Assembly: GCA_963750165.1 (NCBI GenBank)
Contig: CAVVPN010000012.1
Coordinates: 736,001-800,000 of the forward strand
Source of the DNA: an uncultured Gemmataceae bacterium
GTDB taxonomy: Bacteria; Planctomycetota; Planctomycetia; Gemmatales; Gemmataceae
Direction of reading: 5' to 3'
DNA: 64,000 nucleotides
Shown: in pieces, positions 54,492 to 64,000 of the stretch
How positions within the stretch are numbered: position 1 is the first letter of the stretch
Layout: each line of letters opens with the position of its first letter
Program-made: the position numbers and the translations under genes
The notes under the pieces: generated by a model
What the model saw: the letters and a program-made list of their open reading frames with translations, nothing else
What the model was told of the DNA's origin: nothing
The model's database searches: none

Positions 54492-55655
54492 ATGCTGGCA
54501 CTGCTGTGGGCGGAAGCGACCATAAACTGGGGCTGGGAGGTGCTCGGTCTACTCAGTCTGCCGGCGCTGGTGCTGCTCAACGCCTTCTTCGTCGCGGCGG
54601 AATTCTCGCTGGTGGCGGTGCGGCGGACGCGCGTCGAGGAGATGGTGGCCCAGGGCGTCCAGGGCGCGACGGCGGTCGAGGCGGCGGTCAACAAGCTCGA
54701 CCGCACCATCGCCGCGACGCAGCTGGGCATCACCGTGGCCAGCATCGGTCTGGGCTGGGTCGGCGAGCCGGCGCTGGAACGGCTGCTGCGGCCGTTGTTC
54801 GAGGCGCTGCCGCCGCCCTGGCCGAGCGCCGCCAGCCACTCCGCCGCCTTCGTGGTGACCTTTCTGTTCATCACCTTCATGCACGTGGTCTTCGGCGAAC
54901 TGGTGCCCAAGACGCTGGCGCTGCAGGCGCCGGATCGCTCCGCGCTGTGGCTGGCCCGGCCGCTGGTGGTGTTCGTGCGCCTGACGCGGCCGCTGGTGCT
55001 GGTCATGGGCGCCACCGCCAACTGGGTGCTGCGCCGCCTCGGCTACGACCGCGCCCGCAGCGAGTCGATGGTCCACTCGGTCGATGAACTGTCGCTGCTC
55101 ATCGAGGACACCGAGGAAGCGGGCATCCTCGACTCGGAGCAGGCGCAGCTGGTGCAGAACGTGTTTCGGTTGTCGGACAAGGTGGTGCGCGACTGCATGG
55201 TGCCCGCGGACAAGATGGCGGCCCTGGAGCTGAGCACGCCGCCCGACAAGGTGCTGGAGGCGGTGCGCAGCGGAGCGCACACGCGCATGCCGGTCTACGA
55301 AAAGGACCTCGACAACATCGTCGGCATCGTCAACACCAAGAACCTGTTCTTCATTCTCAGCCTGAAGGGCATCGTGGTGCTGAGCGACGCCATTTACCCG
55401 GCGCTGTTCCTGAAGCCGGACGAGAGCCTCGGCAACGCCCTGCGGCTGTTCCGCCGTGCCCGCCGGCCCATGGCGCTGGTGCGCAGCGAGGAAGGCAAGA
55501 TTCTCGGCCTGGTGACACTGGAAGACATTCTCGAAGAGATTGTCGGCGACATCGAGGACGAGCACGACCGGCCGACGCCCAGGGTGGTGCGGCTGACGGC
55601 GCGGCCCGGCAAACGCGGTCAGGAGACCGGGACTCGGGGACAGGGAAAGGGCTAG
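54492..55655 (+). CDS. Hemolysin-family CNNM (DUF21) plus CBS domain protein
   Basis: LNAFFVAAEFSLV, TQLGIT..S..LG..GEP, HVVFGELVPK, HTRMPVY, TLEDILEEIVGDIEDEHD. Confidence 0.92.
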   Translation: MLALLWAEATINWGWEVLGLLSLPALVLLNAFFVAAEFSLVAVRRTRVEEMVAQGVQGATAVEAAVNKLDRTIAATQLGITVASIGLGWVGEPALERLLRPLFEALPPPWPSAASHSAAFVVTFLFITFMHVVFGELVPKTLALQAPDRSALWLARPLVVFVRLTRPLVLVMGATANWVLRRLGYDRARSESMVHSVDELSLLIEDTEEAGILDSEQAQLVQNVFRLSDKVVRDCMVPADKMAALELSTPPDKVLEAVRSGAHTRMPVYEKDLDNIVGIVNTKNLFFILSLKGIVVLSDAIYPALFLKPDESLGNALRLFRRARRPMALVRSEEGKILGLVTLEDILEEIVGDIEDEHDRPTPRVVRLTARPGKRGQETGTRGQGKG

Positions 55656-55669
55656 CGCGGTTGGCCCTC

Positions 55670-55736
55670 GGGTGTAGCGGAAGTCGCCAGACTTCCGCGC
55701 AGCGCCGCACGGAAGTCCGGCGACTTCCGCTAGCCC
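55670..55736. repeat. REP doublet family B, copy 2
   Basis: GGGTGTAGCGGAAGTCGCCAGACTTCCG...CGGAAGTCCGGCGACTTCCGCTA. Confidence 0.9.
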
Positions 55737-55871
55737 TAAATGCCACGCGCGCCAGCCGCACCACGAAATGTTTCTCACTTCCTGGAAAAGCCACGGCTTT
55801 CATTGTAGCCCCTGAGAATGCCCGACGGCGAACACCGTGCGAAACCGCGGCCGGGCTGCGGCGCGCTGCTG

Positions 55872-55949
55872 CGGCACTGGCTTTGCTTGGGAAATCAGGG
55901 TTCCTGAGATCAGGAAAACGGTTGACAACCCTTCGACCCGCACTACAAA
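55872..55949 (+). promoter_or_regulatory. Candidate promoter region of the Rieske/cytochrome b operon
   Basis: Sigma54-like CGGCAC-TGGCT-TTGC (55872-55886), palindrome TTCCTGA-GA-TCAGGAA (55901-55916), TTGACA at 55922 with TACAAA 16 nt later. Confidence 0.45.
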
Positions 55950-56007
55950 AGCCGCGAGGGTTCCATGACCGCCAATACTCGCGGACTTTTCGCCGATTGG
56001 GAGACAC

Positions 56008-56643
56008 ATGTCCGAACCCATTACCAATAAACCGGAAACGGCCGTCACCCCGGCCGCGCCAATCGCCACCGCTCCCGCGGCACCGCCGAAGCCGGCCATG
56101 CCGCCCAAACCCGCCGCGCCCGCCAAGGCCGCACCGCCGTCGCGCCGCTTCTTTCTGATGTCGCTCGTCGGCAGCTGGGCCAGCATCGGCTGGCTGACCT
56201 TCACCGCGTCGATGCTTGGCATGACGCTGGGGACGGTTCGCTTCCTGTTCCCCAACGTGCTGTCCGAACCGCCGACGCGCTTCAAGGCCGGCCCGCCCGA
56301 TCAGTTCGAACTGGACAAGGTCAGCGACCGCTTCAAGCCGGACGGTGCCTGGGTGGTCCGCCACAAGGACGGCGACCGCGAAATCATCTACGCCCTGAGC
56401 ACGACCTGCACGCACCTGGGCTGCACGCCGAACTGGCTGGAGGCGGAGAAGAAATTCAAGTGTCCCTGCCACGGCAGCGGCTTTTACATCACCGGCGTTA
56501 ACTTCGAGGGCCCCGCCCCGCGGCCGCTGGAGCGCTACGCCATCCGCCGCACCGACGACGGCCAGATTGAAGTCGATAAGTCGCGCAAGTTCCAGAAAGA
56601 ACTCGGCCAGTGGAACGACCCCGACTCGTTCTTGCAGGTGTGA
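56008..56643 (+). CDS. qcrA: Rieske iron-sulfur subunit of a cytochrome bc complex
   Basis: SRRFF Tat-like motif plus TM; CTHLGC, CPCHGS, GPAPRPL. Confidence 0.95.
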   Translation: MSEPITNKPETAVTPAAPIATAPAAPPKPAMPPKPAAPAKAAPPSRRFFLMSLVGSWASIGWLTFTASMLGMTLGTVRFLFPNVLSEPPTRFKAGPPDQFELDKVSDRFKPDGAWVVRHKDGDREIIYALSTTCTHLGCTPNWLEAEKKFKCPCHGSGFYITGVNFEGPAPRPLERYAIRRTDDGQIEVDKSRKFQKELGQWNDPDSFLQV

Positions 56644-56652
56644 TTTGTTTTC

Positions 56653-56717
56653 GTTCGTCGTACCGCCTTCAGGCGGAATCAGGGACGCAGATTCCGCCTG
56701 AAGGCGGTACGACGAAC
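56653..56717. repeat. REP-like doublet inside the bc operon
   Basis: GTTCGTCGTACCGCCTTCAGGCGGAATC / GATTCCGCCTGAAGGCGGTACGACGAAC. Confidence 0.9.
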
Positions 56718-56736
56718 CAACCCTGAAAGGGCACCC

Positions 56737-57510
56737 ATGGCGATTGGGGACTACATCCGTAACTCGCAGGTCTGGAAGAGCATCTTCCGCCACCCGGCGC
56801 CGCGCGACCGCCGCAACCGTGTGGTGGTCATGCTCACCAACGTGTTCCTGCACCTGCACCCGGTCAGCGTGCGCAAGAGCGGCATCGACCTCAGTTATAC
56901 CTGGTGCATGGGCGGTATCACGTTCTTCCTGTTCCTGGTCGAGACGGTCACCGGCGTGCTGCTGATGTTCTACTATCGGCCAACGCTGGAGCACGCCTAC
57001 AACGACATCCTGTCGCTGCGAGACGTGGCGACGCTTGGTATCCTCCGTGAGCTGCACCGCTGGGGAGCCCACGCCATGGTCATCACGATCTGGCTGCACA
57101 TGTACCGCGTCTTCCTCACCGGCAGTTACAAGCCGCCGCGTGAATTTAACTGGGGCGTCGGTGTGATCCTGCTCGTGTTAACGCTGCTGCTGAGCTTCAC
57201 CGGCTACCTGCTGCCGTGGGATCAGCTGGCCATCTGGGCCATCACCGTCGGCAGCAACATGGCGCGCGCGACACCACTATTAGGTTACGAAGGGCCAGGT
57301 GCCAAATTCCTCGCTGTGGGCGGAGTGGAATTAATCACCTCGGGGAGCGATGCGCGCTTTATTTTGTTAGGCGGCCGCTTCGTGGGGGAGACGGCGCTGC
57401 TGCGCTTCTACGTGTTGCACTGCGTCGCGATTCCGCTGGCGGTGGCGCTGCTGATCGCGGTCCACTTCTGGCGCGTGCGCAAGGACGGCGGTATCAGCGG
57501 CGCCCTGTAA
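56737..57510 (+). CDS. qcrB: Cytochrome b6-like N-terminal subunit
   Basis: WCMGG (heme ci Cys), [53 protein letters not shown]. Confidence 0.95.
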   Translation: MAIGDYIRNSQVWKSIFRHPAPRDRRNRVVVMLTNVFLHLHPVSVRKSGIDLSYTWCMGGITFFLFLVETVTGVLLMFYYRPTLEHAYNDILSLRDVATLGILRELHRWGAHAMVITIWLHMYRVFLTGSYKPPREFNWGVGVILLVLTLLLSFTGYLLPWDQLAIWAITVGSNMARATPLLGYEGPGAKFLAVGGVELITSGSDARFILLGGRFVGETALLRFYVLHCVAIPLAVALLIAVHFWRVRKDGGISGAL

Positions 57511-57515
57511 TTGGT

Positions 57516-57557
57516 TTGCAACGTGGGGCAGACATTCCTGTCTGCCCCACGTTGCAA
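57516..57557. repeat. Perfect REP-like hairpin inside the bc operon
   Basis: TTGCAACGTGGGGCAGACA-TTCC-TGTCTGCCCCACGTTGCAA. Confidence 0.85.
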
Positions 57558-57588
57558 GAACTTCTGTTCCCCGGGATCGGCCAGCGCC

Positions 57589-58869
57589 ATGCACAACCAC
57601 GAAAGCCTCACCAACAGCTTCCAGGACGGCCTGGGGGTGTTTTACCTCCTGGTCGCGCTGATGAATCTGGGGTTCGCCTACCCTTACTACCGCAGTAAAG
57701 ACACGCGCATGGCCGGCATCTGGGCGGCCGTTGCGGGCGTGTTCCTGCTCCACGCCGCCGCCTACTTCCTGCACCTCGGCTGGATGCTGCCGGTCGGCAT
57801 CCAGCACCTGGTCAATGCCACGATGAACGCGGTCAGCTATTTCGTCATCTCGACCATCGCGTTCATCCTCATCCTACGTTTTCGCCGGACGGTTACGGAG
57901 CCGGTGTTCGCGTGGTCGGTCCTCAACGTGGTGCTGCTGTTCTCCGGTTGGGCGATGACGAGCAAAAGTTTCGCGGCCATTATCACCAAGCCGGATAACG
58001 TGCCGATCACCATGCTCATCTTCTCCGTCGGCTTCTTCACCTGGCTCGGCCTGCGCCTGGCCGTCATCAATGACGAGCGCATGGCGAAGGGCGAACCGCC
58101 GATGGAAAAACTCGGCGACGACAAGGTGCTGGTGTGGCCGGACCTCGTGTATACCGAATTGATCGCCATGATTGTGGTGACGTTCGGCCTGACCGTGTGG
58201 GCGGTGTTCCTCAAGGCGCCGCTGGAGGCGCCCGCGTCGCCGGCCAAGATTCCCAACCCCAGCAAGGCCCCGTGGTACTTCCTCGGTCTGCAAGAAATGC
58301 TCGTCTACTTCGATCCGTGGATGGCCGGCGTCGTGCTGCCCACCATGATTATTGTGGGCCTGATCGCCATGCCCTACATCGACTTCAACCAGAAGGGCAA
58401 CGGCTATTTCACCTTTAGCCAGCGCACGTTCGCCCTGTCCACGTGGATGTTTGGCTTCCTGGTGCTGTGGGTGGTGCTGATCGTGCTGGGCACGTTCCTG
58501 CGCGGGCCGAACTGGAACTTCTTCGGCCCCTTTGAAGAGTGGGACCCGCACAAGACGGTGCCGCTCAACAACATCAATCTGTCGGATTATTTCTGGCTGC
58601 TCTGGCTCGGCTACGGCATGGAGGGCATGGGCTGGTTCATGCGCGAGCTGCCCGGCATCATTCTGGTGCTGGCGTATCTGCTGCTGCTGCCGCCGCTGCT
58701 CGCCAAGACTGTCATGCGCAAATTCTTCATCAAGATGGGCTTCATGCGCTTCTTCGTGCTGGTGACGCTGTTGCAATTCATGGCGGCGCTGCCGATCAAG
58801 ATGGTGCTGCGCTGGACCATCAACCTTAAATACATCGTGTTCATCCCGGAAGCCTTCTTCAATATCTAG
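57589..58869 (+). CDS. Cytochrome b subunit IV-like protein with extra TM helices
   Basis: VWPDL, APLEAPA.P...PNPSKAPWYFLGLQE (PEWY equivalent), PYID, GTFLRGPNW. Confidence 0.85.
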   Translation: MHNHESLTNSFQDGLGVFYLLVALMNLGFAYPYYRSKDTRMAGIWAAVAGVFLLHAAAYFLHLGWMLPVGIQHLVNATMNAVSYFVISTIAFILILRFRRTVTEPVFAWSVLNVVLLFSGWAMTSKSFAAIITKPDNVPITMLIFSVGFFTWLGLRLAVINDERMAKGEPPMEKLGDDKVLVWPDLVYTELIAMIVVTFGLTVWAVFLKAPLEAPASPAKIPNPSKAPWYFLGLQEMLVYFDPWMAGVVLPTMIIVGLIAMPYIDFNQKGNGYFTFSQRTFALSTWMFGFLVLWVVLIVLGTFLRGPNWNFFGPFEEWDPHKTVPLNNINLSDYFWLLWLGYGMEGMGWFMRELPGIILVLAYLLLLPPLLAKTVMRKFFIKMGFMRFFVLVTLLQFMAALPIKMVLRWTINLKYIVFIPEAFFNI

Positions 58870-58876
58870 GACCAAC

Positions 58877-61800
58877 ATGGCCGCCACCGACCAAACCTAT
58901 CGCAGCCAGCGGACCCTCGATCTGGTGTTCGGGGTGTCGTCCCTGTTGATGCTCGTGAGCATCGTGTTGATGTTCGCCCAGGATTACTTCCGGCCCTGGA
59001 AGACCGAGCAGCGCGCCTTCCTCAAGACCGAATCGGTCATGGCCGAGCGTGAGGCCCTGCATGACGTGGCCATCATGGCCGACCGCTATGACGCCGCCAT
59101 GTACAAGGTCGTCACGCAATTGAACGAGCACAGTAACAATAAGCAGAAGATCAAGGACCTCGACGACGACATCAAATCCCTCACGCCGAAGAAGGAGAAG
59201 CAAGATAAGGTCACGGCCAACGTCAAGGCGGACCTGGCATCGCGCGAGAGTTTCTACAACATCGCCGTCGAAACGCACGGCCCCGGCGGCACCGAGGCCA
59301 GGTTGCTGTGGGACGAGGTCGTGCAGTTGCGCAAGAAGTTGGCCGACGAGCAGGACACGGCCGACCGTCTCACCGAGGAGATCCAGCGCAAGACGCGCCA
59401 GCGCAACGAACTCGAGAGCGGCCTGGCCCGCGCCCGCACTGAGTTGACCGAGGTCACCGGCGATCTGTTGCGCAAGGTACGCACCGCCCTCAAGAAGCAG
59501 TGGGGCTGGGGTGACTGGTTCCGCTCGCTGCCGATCCTCGACGCCTTCGCGTCACCGACCAAGATCGACCAGATCACCCTGAACGAACTGACCATCGACT
59601 ACAACTTCAAGGGCGTGACCCGCTTCGACCGCTGCATGACCTGTCACAAGGGCATCGACCGTGTCGCCTACACCCGCGAGAAACTGCGCTCGCTGCGCGA
59701 AGTGCCCGCGGACCTGAAAATCCGCCTGGAACGCCTGAAGCAGATTCTGCGTGAGGTCAAGGAGGCGTTCGCCGGCACGCCCGAGGCGAACAACGTCCCC
59801 GACCCCGAACAGCTCAAGATCACCAGCATGACGCACGAGGAGCTGACGCCGGAGCGGATCAACGAGTTCTGCGTCCATCCACGATTGGACCTGTTTGTCG
59901 CCTCCAGCAGCAAGCACCCGGCGGAGAAGTTCGGCTGCACCAGTTGCCACGCCGGCCAGCCGAGCGGCACCGAGTTCAAGTGGGCCTCGCACACGCCCAA
60001 CAACCCCAAGCAGGCAGCGAATTGGAAGAAGCAGCTCGACTGGGCGAACAACCACGACTGGGAATTTCCGATGCACCCGAAGCGGTTCATCGAGTCGTCG
60101 TGCCTGAAGTGCCACCATCAGGTCACCGACCTGATTTCCACGACCGGCAAGCAGGAAGCGCCCAAGCTGCTGCGCGGCTACAACCTGATCCGCGAGAACG
60201 GCTGCTTCGGCTGTCACGAAATCAGCGGCACCAAGGGCGGTCGCTCCATCGGCCCGGACCTGCGGCTGGAGCCGAAGCCGCCGCTGGAGGACCTGACGCC
60301 CGGCGAACGTGCCCGCCTGCTGGCAGACGCCGACAATCCGCCCGGCACGCTGCGCAAGGTCGGCCCGAGCCTGTACCGCATCGTCGAGAAGACGTATCCC
60401 GAGTTCACGCGCAAGTGGGTCATGGGCCCGCGCGACGTGCGGCCGACGACGCGCATGCCCCACTACTACAACCTTAGCAACAACAATCCCGAGGCTCTGG
60501 CGAACACCGGCCAGGAACATTTCCCCGCGGCCGAGGTCTACGGCATCACGCACTACCTGTTCACGGAGAGCGGCCGCTTTCTGGACGGCGTCCGCGAGCA
60601 CGGCGAGGCGAAGCGCCTGGCCGACGAGCAGACGGTGCGCGTGCTCAAGGCCGAATTGCTGGGCAAGGCCCCGGCGTCGCTGACGGCGGCTCAGAAGAAA
60701 CAGAAGGCGGAACTGGACGCCGCGCTGGCGCGGCTGGACCGCCGCAAGGCTGACGAGCAGCTGGTTGCCAAATTGACCATCGAGTTGACCGACAAGCAGC
60801 GCGTCAAGGAAATGCTGCCGAACGTCAAGGAAGAGAAGGAACGGCAGCTGGAGGAAGTGCGGCTGCGGTTGTCGCTGCGGAACGTGCCGCTGCCGGTCCC
60901 GGAGCGGGCAGAGCCCGCGTACCGCAAGTTTACCTACACCGACCTGCCGTCCGAGGAGAGCTTCAAGAAGACGCACAAGGAGAAGTACAAGGAGGCCTTC
61001 GCGGAGTTCCTGAAGGACCTGAAAGATGCCGACGTGGAGGGTCTCTTCCTCGCTGATGGCCGGCGGCTGTTCAGCAGCAAGGGCTGCCTGGCCTGCCACC
61101 AGCACGCCGGCACCGGAAGCCCGCTGGAAGTCAAGATCGCATACGAGGACGAGGGCGGCAATGATAAGACCATCCACGTGACCGTCCCGCCTGCCGTCAG
61201 CGAGGCGAACTTCGGGCCGGACCTGAGCCAACTGCCCGCCAAGCTGCTGAGCAAGGACAAACAGAACCTGCCGCACGCCCGCGGCTGGCTGGTGCAGTGG
61301 CTCAAGGATCCGCATTTGCACAGCCCGCGCTCGAAGATGCCGGTGACGCACCTGACCGATGAGGAGGCGTCCAAGATCGCCGAGTGGCTGCTCGCCCAGC
61401 CGGCCCAGCGCCTCGGCGACGGCTACGCGAAGTCGCAGATCAACAAGCCGAGCGAGCAGACGCTGGAGGCGCTGTCGCGTGTCTACCTGGTCCGCGTGAT
61501 GGCCCGCTATGAGGTGGACCGCTTCTTCAAGGGCGAACTGGACGCGGGCCGCATCAAGGAGCTGCCGGCCGACGAGCGGGCGCTCGGCGAGCGGATCATG
61601 CACCTGAAAAAGACCTTCGAAGAGCGACAGGCCGCCGGCAAGGCCCGGACGCAGAGCGAGGTGTATCAGGATGATCTGAGCTGGTTCGTCGGCCGCAAGG
61701 CCATCGGCCGGATGGGCTGCTTCGGTTGCCACGACATCCCCGGCTTCGACAACACCAAGAACATCGGCGTCAACCTGAACGATTGGGGCAAGAAGGACCC

Positions 61801-64000
61801 CGGCCGCCTGGCGTTCGAGAACATCAAGCAGTACCTGGAAGACAAGTATCACGTTGTTGAGAGTTTGGTGGACAAGAACGGCCAGCCGGTGCCGGCGAAG
61901 ATCGATGGCAAGCCGACGTATGAGAAATTCTTCGCCGACATGCTGGACCACCATCATCAAACGCGCGAGGGCTACCTTTATCAGAAGCTCAAGGCGCCGC
62001 GCAGCTACGATTACACGCGCGACAAGGCATGGGACGACCGCGCTCGCATGCCGCAGTTCAAGTTCGCCCAGGCGATGCCGAAACACGCAGAGACGCCGGA
62101 GGAGTTCAAGGCGCGCAAGGACTGGGCCGCGGCCATGAAGAAACCGCTGCCGGCCAAGGCCAAACCGCGCGGCCCCGAGACGCCCGAGGAGTTCCACGCC
62201 CGCGCTCACCTGGAAGAGGCCGAGGCTCGCGAGGCGGTCATGACGTTCGTGCTCGGCCTGGTGGCGGAACCAATTCCGATCAACTACCTGAACACGCCCA
62301 GCCCGGATCGCCTGGCCGTCGTCAAGGGGCGGCAGGTGCTGGACAAGTACAACTGCGCCGGCTGCCACATTATCCAGCCGGGCGAGTACGAGTTCCGGCG
62401 CAGCAAACTCAGCCTGGCCCAGCTGGACTTCAAGTATGAGGCGATCCGCACCGAGCAGGGCGATCCGAGCAAGGACGACCTGGACAAGGTGAAGGAGGCG
62501 AGGACGCCCGCGGACAGGGCCGCGAAACAGCTGGAGTTGCTGAAGAAGGAGACCGACTTCAACTTCCCGGACCATCTGGCCTGGGCAGGGCGGTTGCAGC
62601 CGCCGGGTGGCGAGATGCTGAAGCTGTACGGCGTGAAGCCGACGCTGCTGCCGGGGGCGATGGGCGTGGCCGAGGAGGGCGGCCAGCGGGTGGCCGGCAA
62701 GAAGATTCCCGCCTTCTCCGTGCGGCTGGTGCAGGCGCTGCGCTACCAAAGTGCCATCAACGGCAAGAAGGGTGCGCGCGAGGAAACACGCAACGTGCGC
62801 GCCGGCAACGAGGTCTATCTGAGCCCGGCGGAGATGATCTGGCCGCCGCCCGAGGCGCTGGCGTCGCCCGAGGCGCTGCGTGCCTTCGAGCGCCGCTTCG
62901 GCACCTTCGGCGGCGCCTTCTCGGACGTGCTGTCGAAGTACCTGACCACGCTGAACTCGAAGAAGTACGGCGACATCACCGACCTGTCGAAAGCGCGACA
63001 TTTCGGGCCGCCGTCGCTGATCTGGCAGGGCGAACGCACGCAGCCGGACTGGCTATATCGTTTCCTGCTCAACCCGACCAAGGTGCGCGAAATCACCGTG
63101 CTGCGCATGCCGCGCTTCAACATGAGCGAGGAGGAGTCGAAGGCGCTGGTAAATTACTTCGCGGCCGTGGACAAGCTCAACAATCCGAAGCAGAACCTGG
63201 ACTACCCCTACGCCCGGGTGCCGCAGCGCGGCAGTCCCCATGACGAGTTCTGGCGCAAGAAGACCGCGGAGTACATCAGCCAGCTGAAGAACACGCCCGA
63301 TCCGCGCGACCCGAAGAACAGCAAGAAGAGCCTGCTCGACAAGGAACTGGACGACCTGACGCCGATGTGGAAGGAGATTCTGGCCAACGCCCAGACACAG
63401 GCGGTCAAGGTGAAGGCCCGCTACGAGGAGGTGCTCAAGCCGTTCGAGGAGAAGCAAAAGAAGGTCGTCGAAGCCAACAAGTCGCTGACCGCGCTCAAGC
63501 AAGAGTTGAAGGACGAGAAGGACGACGGCAAGAAAAAGGCCATCCAGGAACGGGTCACCAAGGCGGAGGCCGAGGTGAAAAAGTTGGAGGAGGAGCGCAA
63601 ACCGTTCGAGGAGCCTTATAATGTTTGGGAGAAAGAGAACGACCGCATGCAGCAGCTGGTGGCGGGCCTAACCCTGGAGCGACAGCGCGAGCGCTGGCGC
63701 GACCACGAGGCTTACGCCCTTGGCGGTATGAAGTTGGTGGTGACGGTCTGCTCCAAGTGTCACCCGGTCGGCTTCATCCGGCCGGAGAACGAGACGGCGG
63801 GGCCCTCCCTGAATCTGGCGACGAACCGACTGCGACCGGACTGGGCGAAAATCTGGATCGCCAACCCGATCCGCATGGTGCCGTACACGCCGATCATGCC
63901 ACAGAACTTCAAACGCAACGAGCCGACCAGCGTGGAGATGTTCCACGGCACCGGCCTGGAACAGGTGCGTGCGGTGCGCGATGTCATCATGAACTGGCCT
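58877..64000 (+). CDS. Giant membrane-anchored multiheme cytochrome c, partial (>1,700 aa, at least 8 CxxCH)
   Basis: Not in the ORF track because no stop occurs in the window. ATG 58877 MAATDQTY plus TM; in-frame CMTCH 59633, CTSCH 59936, CLKCH 60101, CFGCH 60203, CLACH 61085, CFGCH 61718, CAGCH 62354, CSKCH 63749. Confidence 0.9.
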   Translation, partial: MAATDQTYRSQRTLDLVFGVSSLLMLVSIVLMFAQDYFRPWKTEQRAFLKTESVMAEREALHDVAIMADRYDAAMYKVVTQLNEHSNNKQKIKDLDDDIKSLTPKKEKQDKVTANVKADLASRESFYNIAVETHGPGGTEARLLWDEVVQLRKKLADEQDTADRLTEEIQRKTRQRNELESGLARARTELTEVTGDLLRKVRTALKKQWGWGDWFRSLPILDAFASPTKIDQITLNELTIDYNFKGVTRFDRCMTCHKGIDRVAYTREKLRSLREVPADLKIRLERLKQILREVKEAFAGTPEANNVPDPEQLKITSMTHEELTPERINEFCVHPRLDLFVASSSKHPAEKFGCTSCHAGQPSGTEFKWASHTPNNPKQAANWKKQLDWANNHDWEFPMHPKRFIESSCLKCHHQVTDLISTTGKQEAPKLLRGYNLIRENGCFGCHEISGTKGGRSIGPDLRLEPKPPLEDLTPGERARLLADADNPPGTLRKVGPSLYRIVEKTYPEFTRKWVMGPRDVRPTTRMPHYYNLSNNNPEALANTGQEHFPAAEVYGITHYLFTESGRFLDGVREHGEAKRLADEQTVRVLKAELLGKAPASLTAAQKKQKAELDAALARLDRRKADEQLVAKLTIELTDKQRVKEMLPNVKEEKERQLEEVRLRLSLRNVPLPVPERAEPAYRKFTYTDLPSEESFKKTHKEKYKEAFAEFLKDLKDADVEGLFLADGRRLFSSKGCLACHQHAGTGSPLEVKIAYEDEGGNDKTIHVTVPPAVSEANFGPDLSQLPAKLLSKDKQNLPHARGWLVQWLKDPHLHSPRSKMPVTHLTDEEASKIAEWLLAQPAQRLGDGYAKSQINKPSEQTLEALSRVYLVRVMARYEVDRFFKGELDAGRIKELPADERALGERIMHLKKTFEERQAAGKARTQSEVYQDDLSWFVGRKAIGRMGCFGCHDIPGFDNTKNIGVNLNDWGKKDPGRLAFENIKQYLEDKYHVVESLVDKNGQPVPAKIDGKPTYEKFFADMLDHHHQTREGYLYQKLKAPRSYDYTRDKAWDDRARMPQFKFAQAMPKHAETPEEFKARKDWAAAMKKPLPAKAKPRGPETPEEFHARAHLEEAEAREAVMTFVLGLVAEPIPINYLNTPSPDRLAVVKGRQVLDKYNCAGCHIIQPGEYEFRRSKLSLAQLDFKYEAIRTEQGDPSKDDLDKVKEARTPADRAAKQLELLKKETDFNFPDHLAWAGRLQPPGGEMLKLYGVKPTLLPGAMGVAEEGGQRVAGKKIPAFSVRLVQALRYQSAINGKKGAREETRNVRAGNEVYLSPAEMIWPPPEALASPEALRAFERRFGTFGGAFSDVLSKYLTTLNSKKYGDITDLSKARHFGPPSLIWQGERTQPDWLYRFLLNPTKVREITVLRMPRFNMSEEESKALVNYFAAVDKLNNPKQNLDYPYARVPQRGSPHDEFWRKKTAEYISQLKNTPDPRDPKNSKKSLLDKELDDLTPMWKEILANAQTQAVKVKARYEEVLKPFEEKQKKVVEANKSLTALKQELKDEKDDGKKKAIQERVTKAEAEVKKLEEERKPFEEPYNVWEKENDRMQQLVAGLTLERQRERWRDHEAYALGGMKLVVTVCSKCHPVGFIRPENETAGPSLNLATNRLRPDWAKIWIANPIRMVPYTPIMPQNFKRNEPTSVEMFHGTGLEQVRAVRDVIMNWP

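Noticed and set aside
59552..63001. 1149-aa minus-strand ORF, and similar long antisense ORFs at 29083-32847, 16006-19002 and 13340-15091
   Set aside because: Shadow ORFs of high-GC coding genes; the opposite strand carries the recognisable motifs

Overview
High-GC (roughly two-thirds by eye) bacterial DNA with Planctomycetota hallmarks, most like Gemmataceae: a DUF1559 prepilin, a planctomycete 'ExLEDR' export motif, Zn-ribbon/TM proteins, WD40/LRR/HEAT repeat proteins and many REP-like palindromes. In order it holds: a partial MASE1-PAS sensor; a PEGA lipoprotein and batABCDE-like cluster; a sialate O-acetylesterase; a DUF1559/HEAT pair; a PEP-CTERM protein -> ~2,200-aa RHS toxin -> candidate immunity locus; WD40, EF-hand, Tat intradiol dioxygenase, aldo/keto reductase, Ser/Thr kinase and DCC1 genes; a large Zn-ribbon/DUF1559-like protein; an LRR lipoprotein; an enolase-superfamily epimerase; pdp-nupC; an orphan DNA methyltransferase; uxaA; an orphan histidine kinase; a kinase plus variant enolase; DUF790-serC-XPB with two Rieske oxygenases; a CNNM/CBS protein; and a Rieske/split cytochrome b operon ending in a >1,700-aa cytochrome with at least 8 CxxCH motifs that runs off the window. 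About 14 frameshifts in 12 genes look like long-read assembly errors. The best novelty candidate is the RHS locus: the toxin's N-terminal domain is visibly paralogous to the adjacent PEP-CTERM protein, no PAAR/VgrG is present, and the tip has caspase/DUF4347-like His-Cys motifs. All family calls come from motif recognition by eye; no searches were run.
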